From Octopus sinensis (Eukaryota): a DNA stretch of 64,000 bases. Positions 14,058-26,838 of this stretch are shown here, in pieces (within the stretch, counting starts at the first letter, position 1; every line of letters starts with the position of its first letter). The translations under genes and the position numbers were made by a program. Under the pieces are notes generated by a model. The model was given only the letters and a program-made list of their open reading frames with translations, was not told the DNA's origin and made no database searches. The stretch is taken from contig NC_043010.1 in NCBI RefSeq assembly GCF_006345805.1, positions 37,386,001 through 37,450,000 of the forward strand, written 5' to 3'.

Positions 14058-17000
14058 TAGTCTCTTTTACGTCTTATCGCTCTACTTGTTTCAGTCATTA
14101 GACTGCAGCCATACTGGAGCACTGCCTTGAATTTTTTCAATTGAACGAATTGATCACAGTACTTCTTTTTTAATTTTTTTTTATACTTATTTAATCAGCC
14201 TCTATGCCAAACTGCTAAGTTATGAGGACATAAACACACCAACACCAGTGGGGGTGGGGCAAACACATGCACAGTGACACACATGCATTTATATATACAT
14301 ATATGTACACAATGGGCTTCTTTGAGTTTCCATCTAACAAATCCACTCACAAAGGCTTTGGGTCAGCCCAAGGATATAGTAGAAGACAGTTGCCCAAGGT
14401 GCTATGCAGTGGGACTGAACCCGGATCCATGTAGCTTGGAAGCAAGCTGCTTACCACTCAGCCACACCTGTGCCTAGTTTGATACTTTTTGAACACACCT
14501 GGTATATTTTCATCTACAAACGTCACTAAAGAAAAAAAAAACAAACATTAATTAACAACAGATAACTGAATGAACTAATAGACTGAGCTATGGAGAAATA
14601 CAGATACAAAGAAAATACTACGAATGCATCAGTAAAACACACAAGTCACGCATAAAATTTATTATATAAATCAAGTTCATAAAAGCTATCAAAACAGATG
14701 AATATGTAATCAAAAGCTTCGTCAGTCAATAAAACTTTTGACTGAAAAGTCTGCATCAATTCAACCAGTAACAACACAGATGTAAGATATACGCAATTCT
14801 TAAGAAAGGAACTATGAAAGATCTGGAAATGTTGAGTTTGTATTTAGGAACTTTTGTTTGAAACTAAGAAAATATGAAAAATCCAAAATAGAAAAGAAAT
14901 AAAACTTGAACTCAGTTGTGTATTTAATGAAATATAAATGGCTCTGAGGAAGCTGTTCGATGTTGCTTGAGCACTCTGCTCTAAGTGAAAGCTTCGTATA
15001 GCAGAAACGGCTGCATGCTAATGAAAGTAATTACATAACCCCTGTGTTTTTTTTAGTTATTCATTGATATTTAATGAAACGTACATACATATATATATGC
15101 ATACATACACACACACACACTCACAAAGGAATGGGCTCACAAAATATAAAGTCTCACACACAGACATGAACAGGCACATACACATGCACATATGCATGTG
15201 TATTTGTGTGTATGTGTGTGTAATGACTTTAGGCTGTTAGATGTATTGGTAACCAGGTCAGAACTAGATCATGTCTGCCTGTTTGTCTTTCTGTCTGTCT
15301 GACTGTGTGTATCTTGCTGTCTGCAAGTTGTGTGCTAATCTTTGATTTATTTATTCTATTTTTTTTTTATTTTTGAAAATAAAACTCAATAAAATAATAA
15401 TAATAATAATAATAATAAATTTCAGAGAAAAAAAAAAGGACAAAATTCACTACCTTCCCCATCTTGCCCACCCTGCATCTTTTCATGCTAGCTCACCCCG
15501 CCCTTCACCTTGCAACAATAGCTATAGAAATTTTCAATAGATCATTTCTCCCTCCACACCTCTCTTTATTCCTTACCCCATCCACTACCACCGCTGCCAC
15601 CGCCACCACCACTGCTGCTGCTGCTGCCACTGCCACCACTGTCACCTCTCACTACAACCTCTTCCCACATTTCAGTGTGTCAAATTGATCAGAATAGCAG
15701 CTGTGCCTAGAGTAAGCAAGCCTCCCTCTCTCCCTTCCACCTTGAAAATATACCACCACCACCACCACCACCATTCATACCCTCCCCCACTCGACCCTCT
15801 TCTGCTCACTCACCCCCTCCCCGCTTCCTCTCCACCTTACCCTCTACCTCTGTTGCAGCCACTGCTACCAACCACTGTTACCCTCTCCCATTACCAACAC
15901 CACTGCCAAGAACACACCACCACCATCACCACTTGAATCTCCAATAACAATCATCATCATCATCATCACTATTCCAAACATTAAGTATAGCAACAACACT
16001 GCATCATCATCATCATCATCACCACCAGTATCATTGCAGACCATTACTACTACTTCATTACTACTACTATGACTGCATAAGCCAACTTCGCAGCTCCCAA
16101 TACCTTCTAAATTATATTTTTGCATTATCCACCCCCATCCCACCCCCCATCACATTCACCACTAGCACCTCAATTCACCCAGACCACAATTATCCACCAC
16201 AAACACTACTACTGTCACAAAGACCACCACCACAAACATGACTACCCTAAGGAAGTCTATATGTGGTTACTCAGTCTGCTAGAAATAGCAACCAAATCTT
16301 GTTCAAGGTGCTCTATTCCAGAAGAAAGGATAGTATCTTCATAGCCAGAATAGCATTTAATGATAGGACTGTTTGCTCCACACTTTCTCCTCCAGGGGCC
16401 CTCAACAGCAACAAGAAGTAACCACCAGAGCAACAAAGACCATATTGATATATAACATGAATAACCAATGGGTATAAGATGTATGTATAATGAAAGAAAC
16501 ACATTTAGTTGGTTTTGTATGAAGTGTTTAACATTATTGTACAAAATTATGCAATATTCATTTGTTAAGCATTTTGAAATATTTTAATAAACATTTTTGA
16601 TATATGGTTGCAAAAAGTTATTAGTTCACAATAAATATTTTGGATAGAACTCCTATAGAACTACATATATATTCAGATTCAATCCTGAGTATTATTAGTT
16701 TGAGTATAAGATGTGACTTATTTTAATAGATGATTTTAAAGTTTCTAACATTATGTTTAAAAACCAAATATGTTTTGATAACATTGTGTTAGAATGTCTT
16801 TCAAAATTTCTGAATGTATAACTATGCTGCTTATATCTTTATTTGAAATGGTTTACAGTCAGCCTGTTGTAATCTTTAAAAACTAGTTCATTAGTTCATG
16901 TAAAAGATTATTTAAAGTATATTTTATGAGACTAAAACAATGAAAAAGTTTTGTATGTGAATAACTGCTTAATGTTCTTTAATGTTAATATTCGCTAATG

Positions 17001-17449
17001 AACCATATAATTTTATGATTCTTCTTTTTGTGCATGAGAATTATAATTTATGTGAGTGCAGTCATAGCTATGTGGTTAAGAAGCTTGCTTACAAGTACAT
17101 AGTTTTGATTTCAGTTCAATTACATTGCACTTTGCGCAAGTGCCTTCTAGACATGGACTGTGCAAAAGCCTTTTGTGTGTGGGTATGGGTGTGTGTGTGT
17201 GACCACTTGACAGCTGGTGTGTGTTTGGTTTCATCCTTGTAACTTAACATTTTATTTTTTAAAAATGGGAGTTTAATAGAATAAGCACTAGACTTAGACT
17301 AAGTACTAAGGTGGGTATGGTTGACTAAGAAGAAACCTTTTAAGATAGTGTCCCAACATAACCACAGTTCAATGACTGGAACAAAAGTTAATTAATTTTT
17401 ATCCTCAAAGCTGTGAATTTTAATTAATTCTTCATTATAATAATCATTT

Positions 17450-18130
17450 TGTTAAATGAATTATTTATTTGAATCATTGAATGAACCATTTATAATCATT
17501 TTATTAAATAAAAATATATTGGGTAAGTGTATCCTGTTATTTTGTGCTAAATTTCTTATAATATGAAGTGAATGATTAGAAGTAATATATAGGTAATATG
17601 ACTTTGCAGTTGGTTTAATATATACTGTGGTTTCCAAATTTATGGTGATATCCAAAATACTTAAATGTTTAAGCTTGTGTCATCAGTGATTTGTAGGTGC
17701 AAATCTTTAAATAACCCGATGAGATTTTTTCCTTCCCAGTCAGAACTATCTAACTTTTGAGCAATCGTATTGCGTGCAATAATAAGCCCATCATCTCAGT
17801 ATAAAACCACATTGTAATTTATCGATTTTATTATGTAATAAATGTAAAATATAAATTCCTGTAAGCTTCTCTCCATCACCACATCAAAAGAATTTTTAAA
17901 TCATTTTTCTTTACTCATAAAGTGTTATAGGAAAACAGCATTGATCTTCTTGCATGCATAATTATTATAATATTGGACCCGGTGATTGATGTATAATTCC
18001 TGGTGAAAAACTCATGCTTTTCGGAGTTAAGATCTGGGTTACTGAAGGGTAAAATTCAATGATATGTAGCTAGGTGGGTTTGTGATTATGTTTATTGTTA
18101 CTGCTATTAAACCAATTAATAACGGAAATA
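17450..18130 (-). mobile_element. Degenerate Penelope-like RT core
   Basis: Minus-strand frames give FYPSVT, IMHARRSMLFS, SFDVVM, LY*DDGL (YRDDG catalytic motif), LFKDLHLQIT and LDITINLETTVYIKP...SNHSLHII. Confidence 0.8.
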
Positions 18131-18899
18131 CCATTATTCCTTAAAGTTAAATCGTTTGTTTAATTTTAAGGATTATTGCATCTAAGATGCTTTTACTCCA
18201 TATGCACACATATGTGTAAGTCTCTGTGTATGTGTGTATGCACGCAAGAGAGCACATGTGTGTGTGTGTATGCACGCGAGAGAGCACGTGTGTGTGTGTG
18301 TGTGTTTAATGGGTACAGTGACTTTACTACATTGTGTTGAAGATTTTTCATATTTCTTAAGAGTTCTTTACATTTTGTCTGAAACAGTTCAAAGATCAAT
18401 CGATGTTGTTTATTCTTCTTAAAATTTCCATTCTCTGAACAAAATGTTTGATGTGTGTGTGAGGGAAAGGCAGAGCAGCATCACACTGACTCCTTGGTTG
18501 CAAAGATGCAGTCATTGTTACATGGTTTACAAGCTTGTTTTGCAGCAATGCAACTATGTAAATTTCCAGTTCAATCCCATGGTGCAGCACTTCATGTAAG
18601 TGTCTTCTCTCATAATCTCACATCAATCAAAACTTTGTGAATGGAAGTTGGCATGTTGGAAACTTCGCAGATTAATGGAGAGACCATTCCTGTTTTTTTT
18701 AGTTTCTGTTGGCTTCAATACACTCTTGTTGCAATTATTCACACCACATCTGTGATCTGAAAATAATTTCCTCCTTTCTTCCTCCATGTCTTTGGTGTGC
18801 TGAAATATATTGTTGGAATTTTGTTTCTGTCCCTGATTAAACCATACATAATTATTTGACAGGATAATTAGCTCAACTACTTATATTGAGTACCATTTC

Positions 18900-19196
18900 T
18901 CAACGTTTTTCCTTCTCAAGCCATGCCTGGCTCATAAGGGCCAGTTTCCTTGGCGTATAGGTTCCCCACCTTGATGGGATGCCGGTCCGTCGCAGGTGAG
19001 CTGCAAGATGCAGGAGGAAAGAGTGAGAGAAAGTTGTGGCAAAAGAGTCAACAGAAGTTCGCCATTACCTTCTACCGGAGCCGCATGAAGCTTAGGTGTT
19101 TTGCTTATAAACACACACATCATCTGATCTGAGATTCGAACCTGCGATCCCTCGATCGCAAGTCTGCTGCTCTAACCACGAGGCCATGTGCCTCCA
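18900..19196 (-). mobile_element. Second tRNA-SINE family with a V-domain-like core
   Basis: tRNA head GGCCTCGTGGTTAGAGCAGCAGAC...GGTTCGAATC and core CTGCGACGGACCGGCATCCCATC. Same family as 33425-33730(+). Confidence 0.75.
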
Positions 19197-19253
19197 CACC
19201 ATTTCTCATAAGTGCCTTCAAACATACACATAAGCAGTTGATATATATATATA

Positions 19254-19531
19254 TACTAGGGGGAGTCATAAATTATCCACACTTTCATCATAACATATCT
19301 TTATTATTGTTACACTGCCTTCTACGTAGGCATGCTTATAGTTGGTACTATTGTGGTCACGAGATCAAAGTTTGAGCTTGATCACGCCATTTTTCTTTCT
19401 GGCTTTACTGTGTATGTATGGCCACTCCACTAGCTATGTGCACCAAAGAAGAACAAAGAGCAGTGACCTGGTTTCTCTGGTTGAAAGGTATGTCAGGTGC
19501 TGAAATTCATCAGAGGCTTTTAGCACAATTG
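19254..19531 (+). mobile_element. Mariner 5' end (TIR and transposase N-terminus)
   Basis: TA-flanked TIR CTAGGGGGAGTCATAAATTATCC, then MATPLAMCTKEEQRAVTWFLWLKGMSGAEIHQRLLAQ, a typical mariner HTH start. Confidence 0.8.
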
Positions 19532-20017
19532 ATTAATGGTTTCAGCAGTCTAGGTGGCCATGTGTGGGTGTGCATTGTCAGGCAACAATAATAGGCTTCA
19601 GCATTTGGTATGAATTAATTGCTGGCTTCAGTTTGTTGGCCAACAAGGCATTGTATCTTGCACTGTTGATTATACAGCCCTTTTCCAGGTAGTCTTCCAA
19701 TATAGGCCCTTTTGAGTCCCCAAAAAGGGTTAGCATCACCTTTCTAGCAGAAGACTGAGTCTTGAATTTCTTTGTTGCTGGTGAACCAGGATGTTTCCAC
19801 TCCATACTCTGTCTTTGGGATTCTGCCTCATAATGATGGACCCACGTTTCATCTCTTGTGACTATTCTGATTAAAAATTCCTCACCCTCATTGTTGTAGC
19901 GATCGAGAAAAAATTTGGCAGACCTCAAGATGTTTGCGCTTGTGCTCTGCAGTAAGCTCTCTTGGCACCCATCTTGCACAGAGTATATGGAAGCCAAGCT
20001 CATTGTAGATGTTTTCA
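19526..20017 (-). mobile_element. Mariner transposase central and catalytic region, inverted relative to its 5' end
   Basis: LGFHILCARWVPRELT, IVTRDETWVHHYEAESQRQSMEW, KVMLTLFGDSKGPILEDYLEKG and PDNAHPH motifs (WVPREL, first and second catalytic D); frameshifted. Confidence 0.9.
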
Positions 20018-20820
20018 TTGCTACGTACATATGTATATACATACATACATACATACAGGCATGACTGTGTGGTTAAGATTGCCTTGCCACCATGTAATTC
20101 AAGGTTCAATTCCACGGTATGATGCTTTGGGCAAATGTCTTCTACTATAGCCTCGAGCTGACCAATGCTTTGTGAGTGAATTTGATGGACTGAAACTGTA
20201 TGGAAGCCTGCCATGAACATTGTGTGTGAGTGTGCTGTTGTTTATTCTTAGGTCAACTCAAATTCAGTACCCTAATGGTCAAAGACATTCCAACTATGAC
20301 CTTCCTATCTTTTTAAAAGTATGTAAGACTCGCTCATCTAGTGTATCCTTCAAGTATTTAAGACAGTAGTGTTCAATGTGAAAGAGACTCAGCTACGATT
20401 TCAAGCCAGCTGAACAACCACATCTTTGTTGTGTGTGTGTGTGTATTCACAGGACATGAGATAGAAAAAAAGAAAGTCAGAGAAACTTCAGTAGGTAGAA
20501 TTTCCTGAGCAACGTAAGGGATCCATCCTTATAAACTCTGCTCTGGTCCTAAATGGAGTCCAACAACAACAGCAGCAGTAATGAACTTTAAAAAAATCTA
20601 GGCCATTGATTTATGAAATGGATTTTTCTTTTTGTCTTTTTTTTTTCCCCCTGCTGCATCCCTGTCTTTCATTTTCAGTTTAAAAACAAAATTTCTCTTT
20701 TTCCCCCTGCCTCACTACTCCCCACCTCTATAGACCTCACCTCTCTCTCTCTCTCTCTCTCTCTGATGCACACACACGCTCACACACACATACTGTAGTC
20801 CACTCAATGAGCAAAGAGAA

Positions 20821-20859
<39 letters not shown>

Positions 20860-21687
20860 ACATACACACTGACACTATTGATAGTTTGATTTCTCTTTGA
20901 CTATATGTATGTATTTATGTATTCAAGGAGAGAAATCATGCTTTTAGCTGACTGTAATATGTAATGGAGCTTGTTGAAGATTCCATCATTACCTTGAGCA
21001 AGTATCAGTTGTGTGCATTGGGAATTCATCTCCTGCTTGTTTGGTCTCCATCTTTAAATACATCAGGAGAGTCTGTTGCAAAGAGGAAGAGAGAGAGAGA
21101 GAGAGAGACATGTGGGATTGCTACATTTAACAAAGCAAATAATAACAGTAACTCTTCTCCCATCATTGTTGGCTCATGTGCTTTCAGGCTGAAGATGTTC
21201 GTGAATTTCTGGAATAAGGATATAAATTTGCCGTAACACTCCCATCAGATAATTCAGTCAACTTACATAGAAATTATATTTTGCATCACTTCTGTAGATA
21301 TTTACATATGATTACATGTAAAGGAGCTCTCTTGTTAGTTGATGTTTGCTCCATTCAGGTCTGGTGGTTACTAAGGAAACTCGGGGTAAATGAATGAATT
21401 GTGAGGACATAAGCCATAAGCCATGTAGAGGCAAAGTCAGCAATGGTTTTTTTTCCAGTGAATGTAAGGGACAGACAAGGGTCAGTCGGGACTCGGCGCT
21501 TGGCCTTATTACAATCCCCGCATTAATAATAGACTAATTTAGCCCTTTTGATATCAACCTACAACAGAACACAACCTGTACCAACTTGGAAGATGGACAT
21601 TAAATGATGATGATGATAATATATATACATATATATATATATAGAGAGAGAGAGAGAGTTAAATGCAGGTGTTATTCAAATTCTTTT

Positions 21688-21776
21688 ACTTCCGACACAT
21701 GTTTCGAAGATTTCACTGGTATTATTCTAAAGGAATAAAATGGTGTTAAACAATGTAATCTTCTCTTCAGGGAAGT
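21688..21776 (-). ncRNA. Type I hammerhead ribozyme, all core residues intact
   Basis: Minus strand reads ACUUCC-CUGAAGA-GAAGAUU...AAUCUUC-GAAAC-AUGU-GUC-GGAAGU. Stem I is 6 bp (ACUUCC/GGAAGU); stem II is 7 bp plus 5 bp after an A-A mismatch; stem III is short and self-complementary; cleavage triplet GUC. Confidence 0.8.
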
Positions 21777-21972
21777 GAAGAAATGAAACTCGTCAATAAG
21801 ACATTTTAACAGAAAATGATGGATATGTATAGTGATTAACTGAACGCTATTAAAATTGTTTAAAAAAAACTTTATATATATAATGGTCCTTTTTCATACC
21901 GAATTCTACTTGGTGAAATTATTGATTACTTCTTAATTAATTAATTTTACCCTTTGTTATTATATATATATA

Positions 21973-22560
21973 TCATCATCATCATCATCATCGTTTAACG
22001 TCCGTTTTCCGCGCTAGCACGGGTTGGACGGTTCGACCGGGGTCTGGGGAGCCAGGGGCTGCCCCAGGCTCCAGTCTGATCTGGCAGTGTTTCTACAGCT
22101 GGATGCCCTTCCTAATGCCAATCACTCCGCGAGTGTAGTGGGTGCTTTTTACATGCCACCTGCACAGGTGCCAGAGGGGTCTGGCATCGGCCACGATCAG
22201 TTGGTGCTTTTTTTTTTTTTTTTTTTTTTTTTTTGTGCTACCGGCACAGAAGCCAGTCAAGGCGGTGCTGGCATCGGTCACGTTCGGATGTTGCTTTTTA
22301 TGTGCTACCGGCACAGAACCCATTCGAGGCGGGGTTGGCATCGGTCACGTTCGGATGGTGCCTTTTATGTGGCACCGGCACAGAAGCCAGTGGAGGCTGC
22401 ACTGGCGACGGCCACGTTCAGATGGTGCTTTTTATGTGTCACTGGCACAGGTATCACAGCTACTACTGTTTCCATTGATATTTGGTTCGATGTTCATGCA
22501 CATGCACTTGACTCAACAGGTCTCCTCAAGCACAGCGAGATGTTCCGGGATCCCACGATC
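21973..22560 (-). mobile_element. RTE-tail-related non-autonomous repeat with an internal ~60-bp GC-rich minisatellite
   Basis: Minus-strand 3' end ...GCGGAAAACGGACGTTAAACG(ATG)n and repeated GGTGCTTTT..GTGCCACCGGCACAG units. Other copies at 23170-23355, 29280-29375, 37065-37290 and 51200-51510. Confidence 0.7.
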
Positions 22561-23363
22561 GGTTGATATAAACTTCCTTTAAAGTGATCTAAATTTAAAA
22601 CCTTCCATCAAAATCTGATATTAATTGGAGTTCTGAAATTGATGTTGATTGGAGTTCTAACCTTTGTGTAATTTGAACCTTGTTCTCATTTCAAATTCTG
22701 CCAAGGTCAACTTTGTCTTTCATCCTTTCAAGGTTGATTAAAATAAATATCAGTTGACCACTGGGGTTGCTGTAAGCGACTAGCTCCCTCTATAAAAAAT
22801 TTCAGGTCCTTTGCCTATAGTAGAAAGAATTTAAGTTGCAAACACCAGCGCGAAATTAACAAAGTTTTTTTTTTTTTTCTGAATTACTCATTATTTTCAA
22901 AATTAATCATTAGAACAGAGGCAGAGTTCTTCAGAAGAAATATGGTAACAAAAGTGTTAAAAACCTTGCTCACTGTGGGAACTCCTATATACTTTGAGAT
23001 TTTGATGATGTGATTACTTTTAGAATGACAGTGTAGAATAGGTGTGAGAGGTCAGATCTGGCCAGTTTGATCATAGAACAGGTAGAATATTTTGGCCTTG
23101 TGAGTAGATTTGGTAGACAAAAACTGAAAGAAGCAGGTCATGTGTTTGTGTGTGTGTGTGTATGTATATCATCATCATCATCATCGTTTAACGTCCGTTC
23201 TCCATGCTAGCATGGGTTGGACGGTTTGACCGGGGATCTGGGAAGCCAGAAGGCTGCACCAGGCTCCGGTCTTATCTGGCAATGTTTCTACAGCTGGATG
23301 CCCTTCCTAACGCCAACCACTCCGTGAGTGTAGTGGGTGCTTTTTACGTGCCACGTAATTTGT

Positions 23364-23417
<54 letters not shown>

Positions 23418-25339
23418 ACACACACACACACACACACATATATATCAGGGTCTTCACAGTATTGACTAGTCTATTGGATGTTGTTATACATCACTGGTCA
23501 CAATGCACTTCACAGTGTTTTAGCTTTGTGGACTGGAGCAAAATGAAATGAAATGTTTTGCTCAAAAACACAATGCACAGCCGGTCTGAGAATCGAAACG
23601 ACAATCTCACAATCATAGCTGCAACACCCCTAACCACTCAGCCATATGCCTTAATATGTATGTGTGTGTGTATGAGAGAGAGTGTGTGTATGTTTGCATC
23701 TCCTTGTCTTAATATTGCATGATAGTTGTACATGAATGTCATTTAAACAGTAGCATCCATTTCCAATATTCTGGGAAGGCATGTCTAGTCATGGGGAAAT
23801 ATTACCTTACTTGGACACAGGTAAGGGTTTGGTTACAGGAGGGGCGTCTGGCCATAGAAAACCTGACTTGACAAATTCTGTCTGATCAGTCTGAAGCATG
23901 GAAAAGTGGACATTAAAATGGTTGATGATGGTGACTGGACTCTATAGTTAACTTCAATATACGAGTGTCCACTTATTTGACCAACCATAAATAAGTGGAC
24001 GCTAGAACAATGATGCTGCTGCTGCTGCTGATGATGATGATATTACATACCTAGGTTTACAGTATCAAGTGTGTCATTCATTTTTAAAGTAAGTTTTTTG
24101 AAGGAGGGAGATTTGGCTGCTATTTCTAGCCGATTGACAAATCATGTAGAGGCATCCTTGTAGGTTCATTGGCTGTTGTTGTTGTTATTGGTAGTGGTGA
24201 TGGTGGTGGTCAGAGATGGATTGTAAAATTCAGCTGTAATCAAAGGGCTTTGTAGTAGCCTGCTCGCTTGCTGATTTGATGGCATTCATTCATGCATGCA
24301 TGCATGCATGCATATTGGTACAGCCATATCTTAATTGTACCTTTCCATAATGAATATGTTACCTAGCTACATTGCTGTATGTGTAAATATAGTGCAGCTC
24401 TTTGAAATGTCCAGCGCCAATCTTCATTCATTGCATGTGACCCTTAACCTTTCAGGAGAGATCTGAAGAATTTGATACTGTCCTATTTATAACTTCACTT
24501 TGCTGTTACTGCTTGGCCAAATCAATATCTTAATTATCTTTTAATATGACTGTGTGCATATATGTATGTTATGTGTGTCTACAATTCTGTATGCTTATGT
24601 ATGCGTATGTATTTGTATTCATGTATGCATATATATATGTGTATCTGTGTTTGTCCATGTATGCATATATGATTGTATGTGTATATGCATGCATTCATTT
24701 ATTTATATATGTATGTATAATTGATTGTGTTTCTATCTGTGCATATGTATGTATGATTGTATGTCTGTATCTTTCTGTGTGTGTGTGTGTGTGTGTACGA
24801 TTGTGTGTGCCTATATATGTCTGTGTAGGTATATGTAAAGCAAAGTGGGTCTGCCTGTATGTGTCTGTTTACCTGTATACATATATGTGTGTGTGTGTGT
24901 GTGTGTCTGTGTATGCTTTGTCTTTCTATGTGTACATGTTTGTATTTCTACCCCAAATGTGTCTCTCCCTTTATATGTGTCTACATTTGCATTTGCTCAC
25001 ATGTTTGTGTATGTGTGTGTCTTGTATTTGTTGACAAAAATATAATGAAAAAAGAAAGATATTTGTAAATACGGTACCGAAAATGAAAAGATTCTTGTTG
25101 CTTCCAGCATTAAACTTTCCTCTTCATCACCATTATCACTACCATCTTCATCATCATCACCACTACCACCTTCATCATCATCATCTTTGATCAGGGATTC
25201 AGTATAGGTGCTGACATGGCTACATGGTAAGAACGTTTGCTTCCCAATAACATGGTTGCAGGTTCAGTCCCCCTGTGTGGCAACTTGAGCAAGTGTCTCC
25301 TTCTGTAGCCCTAGACCATCCAAAGTTCTGTGAATGAAT

Positions 25340-25600
25340 TGAGTTAATGGAAACTGATATATATGCCAAAGAACCTCCCCAAACTAGGCACCAATATCTC
25401 GGCATTGTCCAAACCTAATAAAGTTACCTATTAAGAAAACCAAACAATACAAGTAAACAATGTCCACAAACACTTCCCATTTTTAAAAGAATGAAGGATA
25501 ACCTAGACTAACAAGAAATTCACAATCAAGCATAAGACATGTGCATTCCCATCATCAGCTGTGTAATCAGATATCACTATGGTTTTGACACCTAGCCAGT
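25340..25600 (+). mobile_element. Highly degenerate R4/Dong-like RT fragment
   Basis: Residual YLGIVQ and AIPIIS-like motifs with stops and frameshifts. Confidence 0.3.
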
Positions 25601-26462
25601 ATCATTCAGTCTGGCACTGTCCACAATATTCTTTTCTACTCGAGGCACAAGGCCTGAAATTTTGGGAGAGGAGCCAGTCGATTAGATTGACCCCAGTACA
25701 CAACTGGTACTTACTTTATTGACCCCAAAACAATGAAAGGCAAAATTGACCTCAGCAGAATTTTAACTCAGAACGTAAAGACAGACAAAATACCGCTAAG
25801 CATTTTGCCCAGCATGCAGTGTCCACAATATTAAAAATATAAACATTGCCTGAGAATCCACCAACTTATTTCTACAAATAGTGGGAACTTGTGGCTACAA
25901 ATTAGTAATTATAATAACAAAGAACCAATTCCAGAAAGAACGCTCAGACAATACCACAGATGTCAACAACTGGGTACTTTGTTTCTCAATCAACATCACA
26001 TGATATGTGTGAGTGAGAAGCAATATCTGTGTTTCTTTTTTTATAACACATGATAGTTGTAAACAAGCATCACCATCATACAAGTGGTGTCCTTTGTTTT
26101 CCAATTTCCCATGAAAACATGTCCTGCTATGGGATCTTACCTTGCCAAGAAACAAATGAGAGTTTGCAACAGCAACAGCATCCAGTCACAGAAAATCTGT
26201 CTCAAAGAACTCTATCTGTCCCATGCAAGCTTGAAAAATTAGATTTGAAAACAATGATGATGGTGCTGTACTAATAATGATGTACACATTCAGATGAGTT
26301 TGACTTGTCTGAGATCTTATCCATTAATGTTTAATATGTTGATGTAGTAATATAGAACAGTGTGTCTTATCTAAGGTTTAACTTGTTAGTACTTATAATA
26401 CTAATTGTGTTAGTTGTGTCAGTGTATTTCATGTGTTAGATGATGATGATGATGAAATCAAA

Positions 26463-26838
26463 ACTAAACAAAAGCACTCAGGGAGTGCAAACCTCTACCA
26501 AGGCAACAGCAACTTCCTCTCAACGATTAGCCAGAGATGATTTTTAAAATGAGAATATCTGAAAAAAAAACTCAACTGCTCTCACAAACGAAAATACTAA
26601 AAATGAACCTGACCACTCTCAAAAACCTAGTAAAAAAATACAGGAAAAATAATCCAGAATCCTTGTCCGGTACCAGATCGATCTCAAAATCTAATCAGTT
26701 TGTACTAGTCACGAGGCCAAACATCCCTGAAAGTTTCATCCAAATCAATCCAGCGTTTCTTGGACTATCTTGTCCACAGACAAACAAACATGACTGAAAA
26801 CAATACCTCAACATTTTTTAAGGCACAGGTAATAAATA
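26463..26838 (+). mobile_element. Helentron-associated non-autonomous element (HINE-like); partial reverse copy at 50040-50225
   Basis: Starts AACAAAAGCACTCAGGGAGTGCAAACCTCTACCAAGGC and ends CACAGACAAACAAAC...GAAAACAATACCTC...GGTAATAA, a layout typical of mollusc HINEs. Confidence 0.6.

Larger units (their letters stand above)
12730..14504. mobile_element. Non-autonomous mariner-type element with long inverted arms, carrying nested insertions
   Basis: TIRs TAC..GTGTGTTCAAAAAGTA at both ends. 12760-12850 is the inverted complement of 13003-13090. A small transposase remnant IIIGDEIWVY lies near 12860. Confidence 0.7.

Noticed and set aside
22024-22582. GC-rich 146-180 aa ORFs with regular repeats, superficially CRISPR-like or gene-like
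   Set aside because: This is the internal minisatellite of an abundant RTE-tail repeat. Units are contiguous with no unique spacers, and there are no cas genes in this eukaryotic DNA.
24350-24535. U12-like branch point CCCTTAAC before CAG and nearby open frames
   Set aside because: No matching U12 donor or recognisable peptide; all frames stop quickly.
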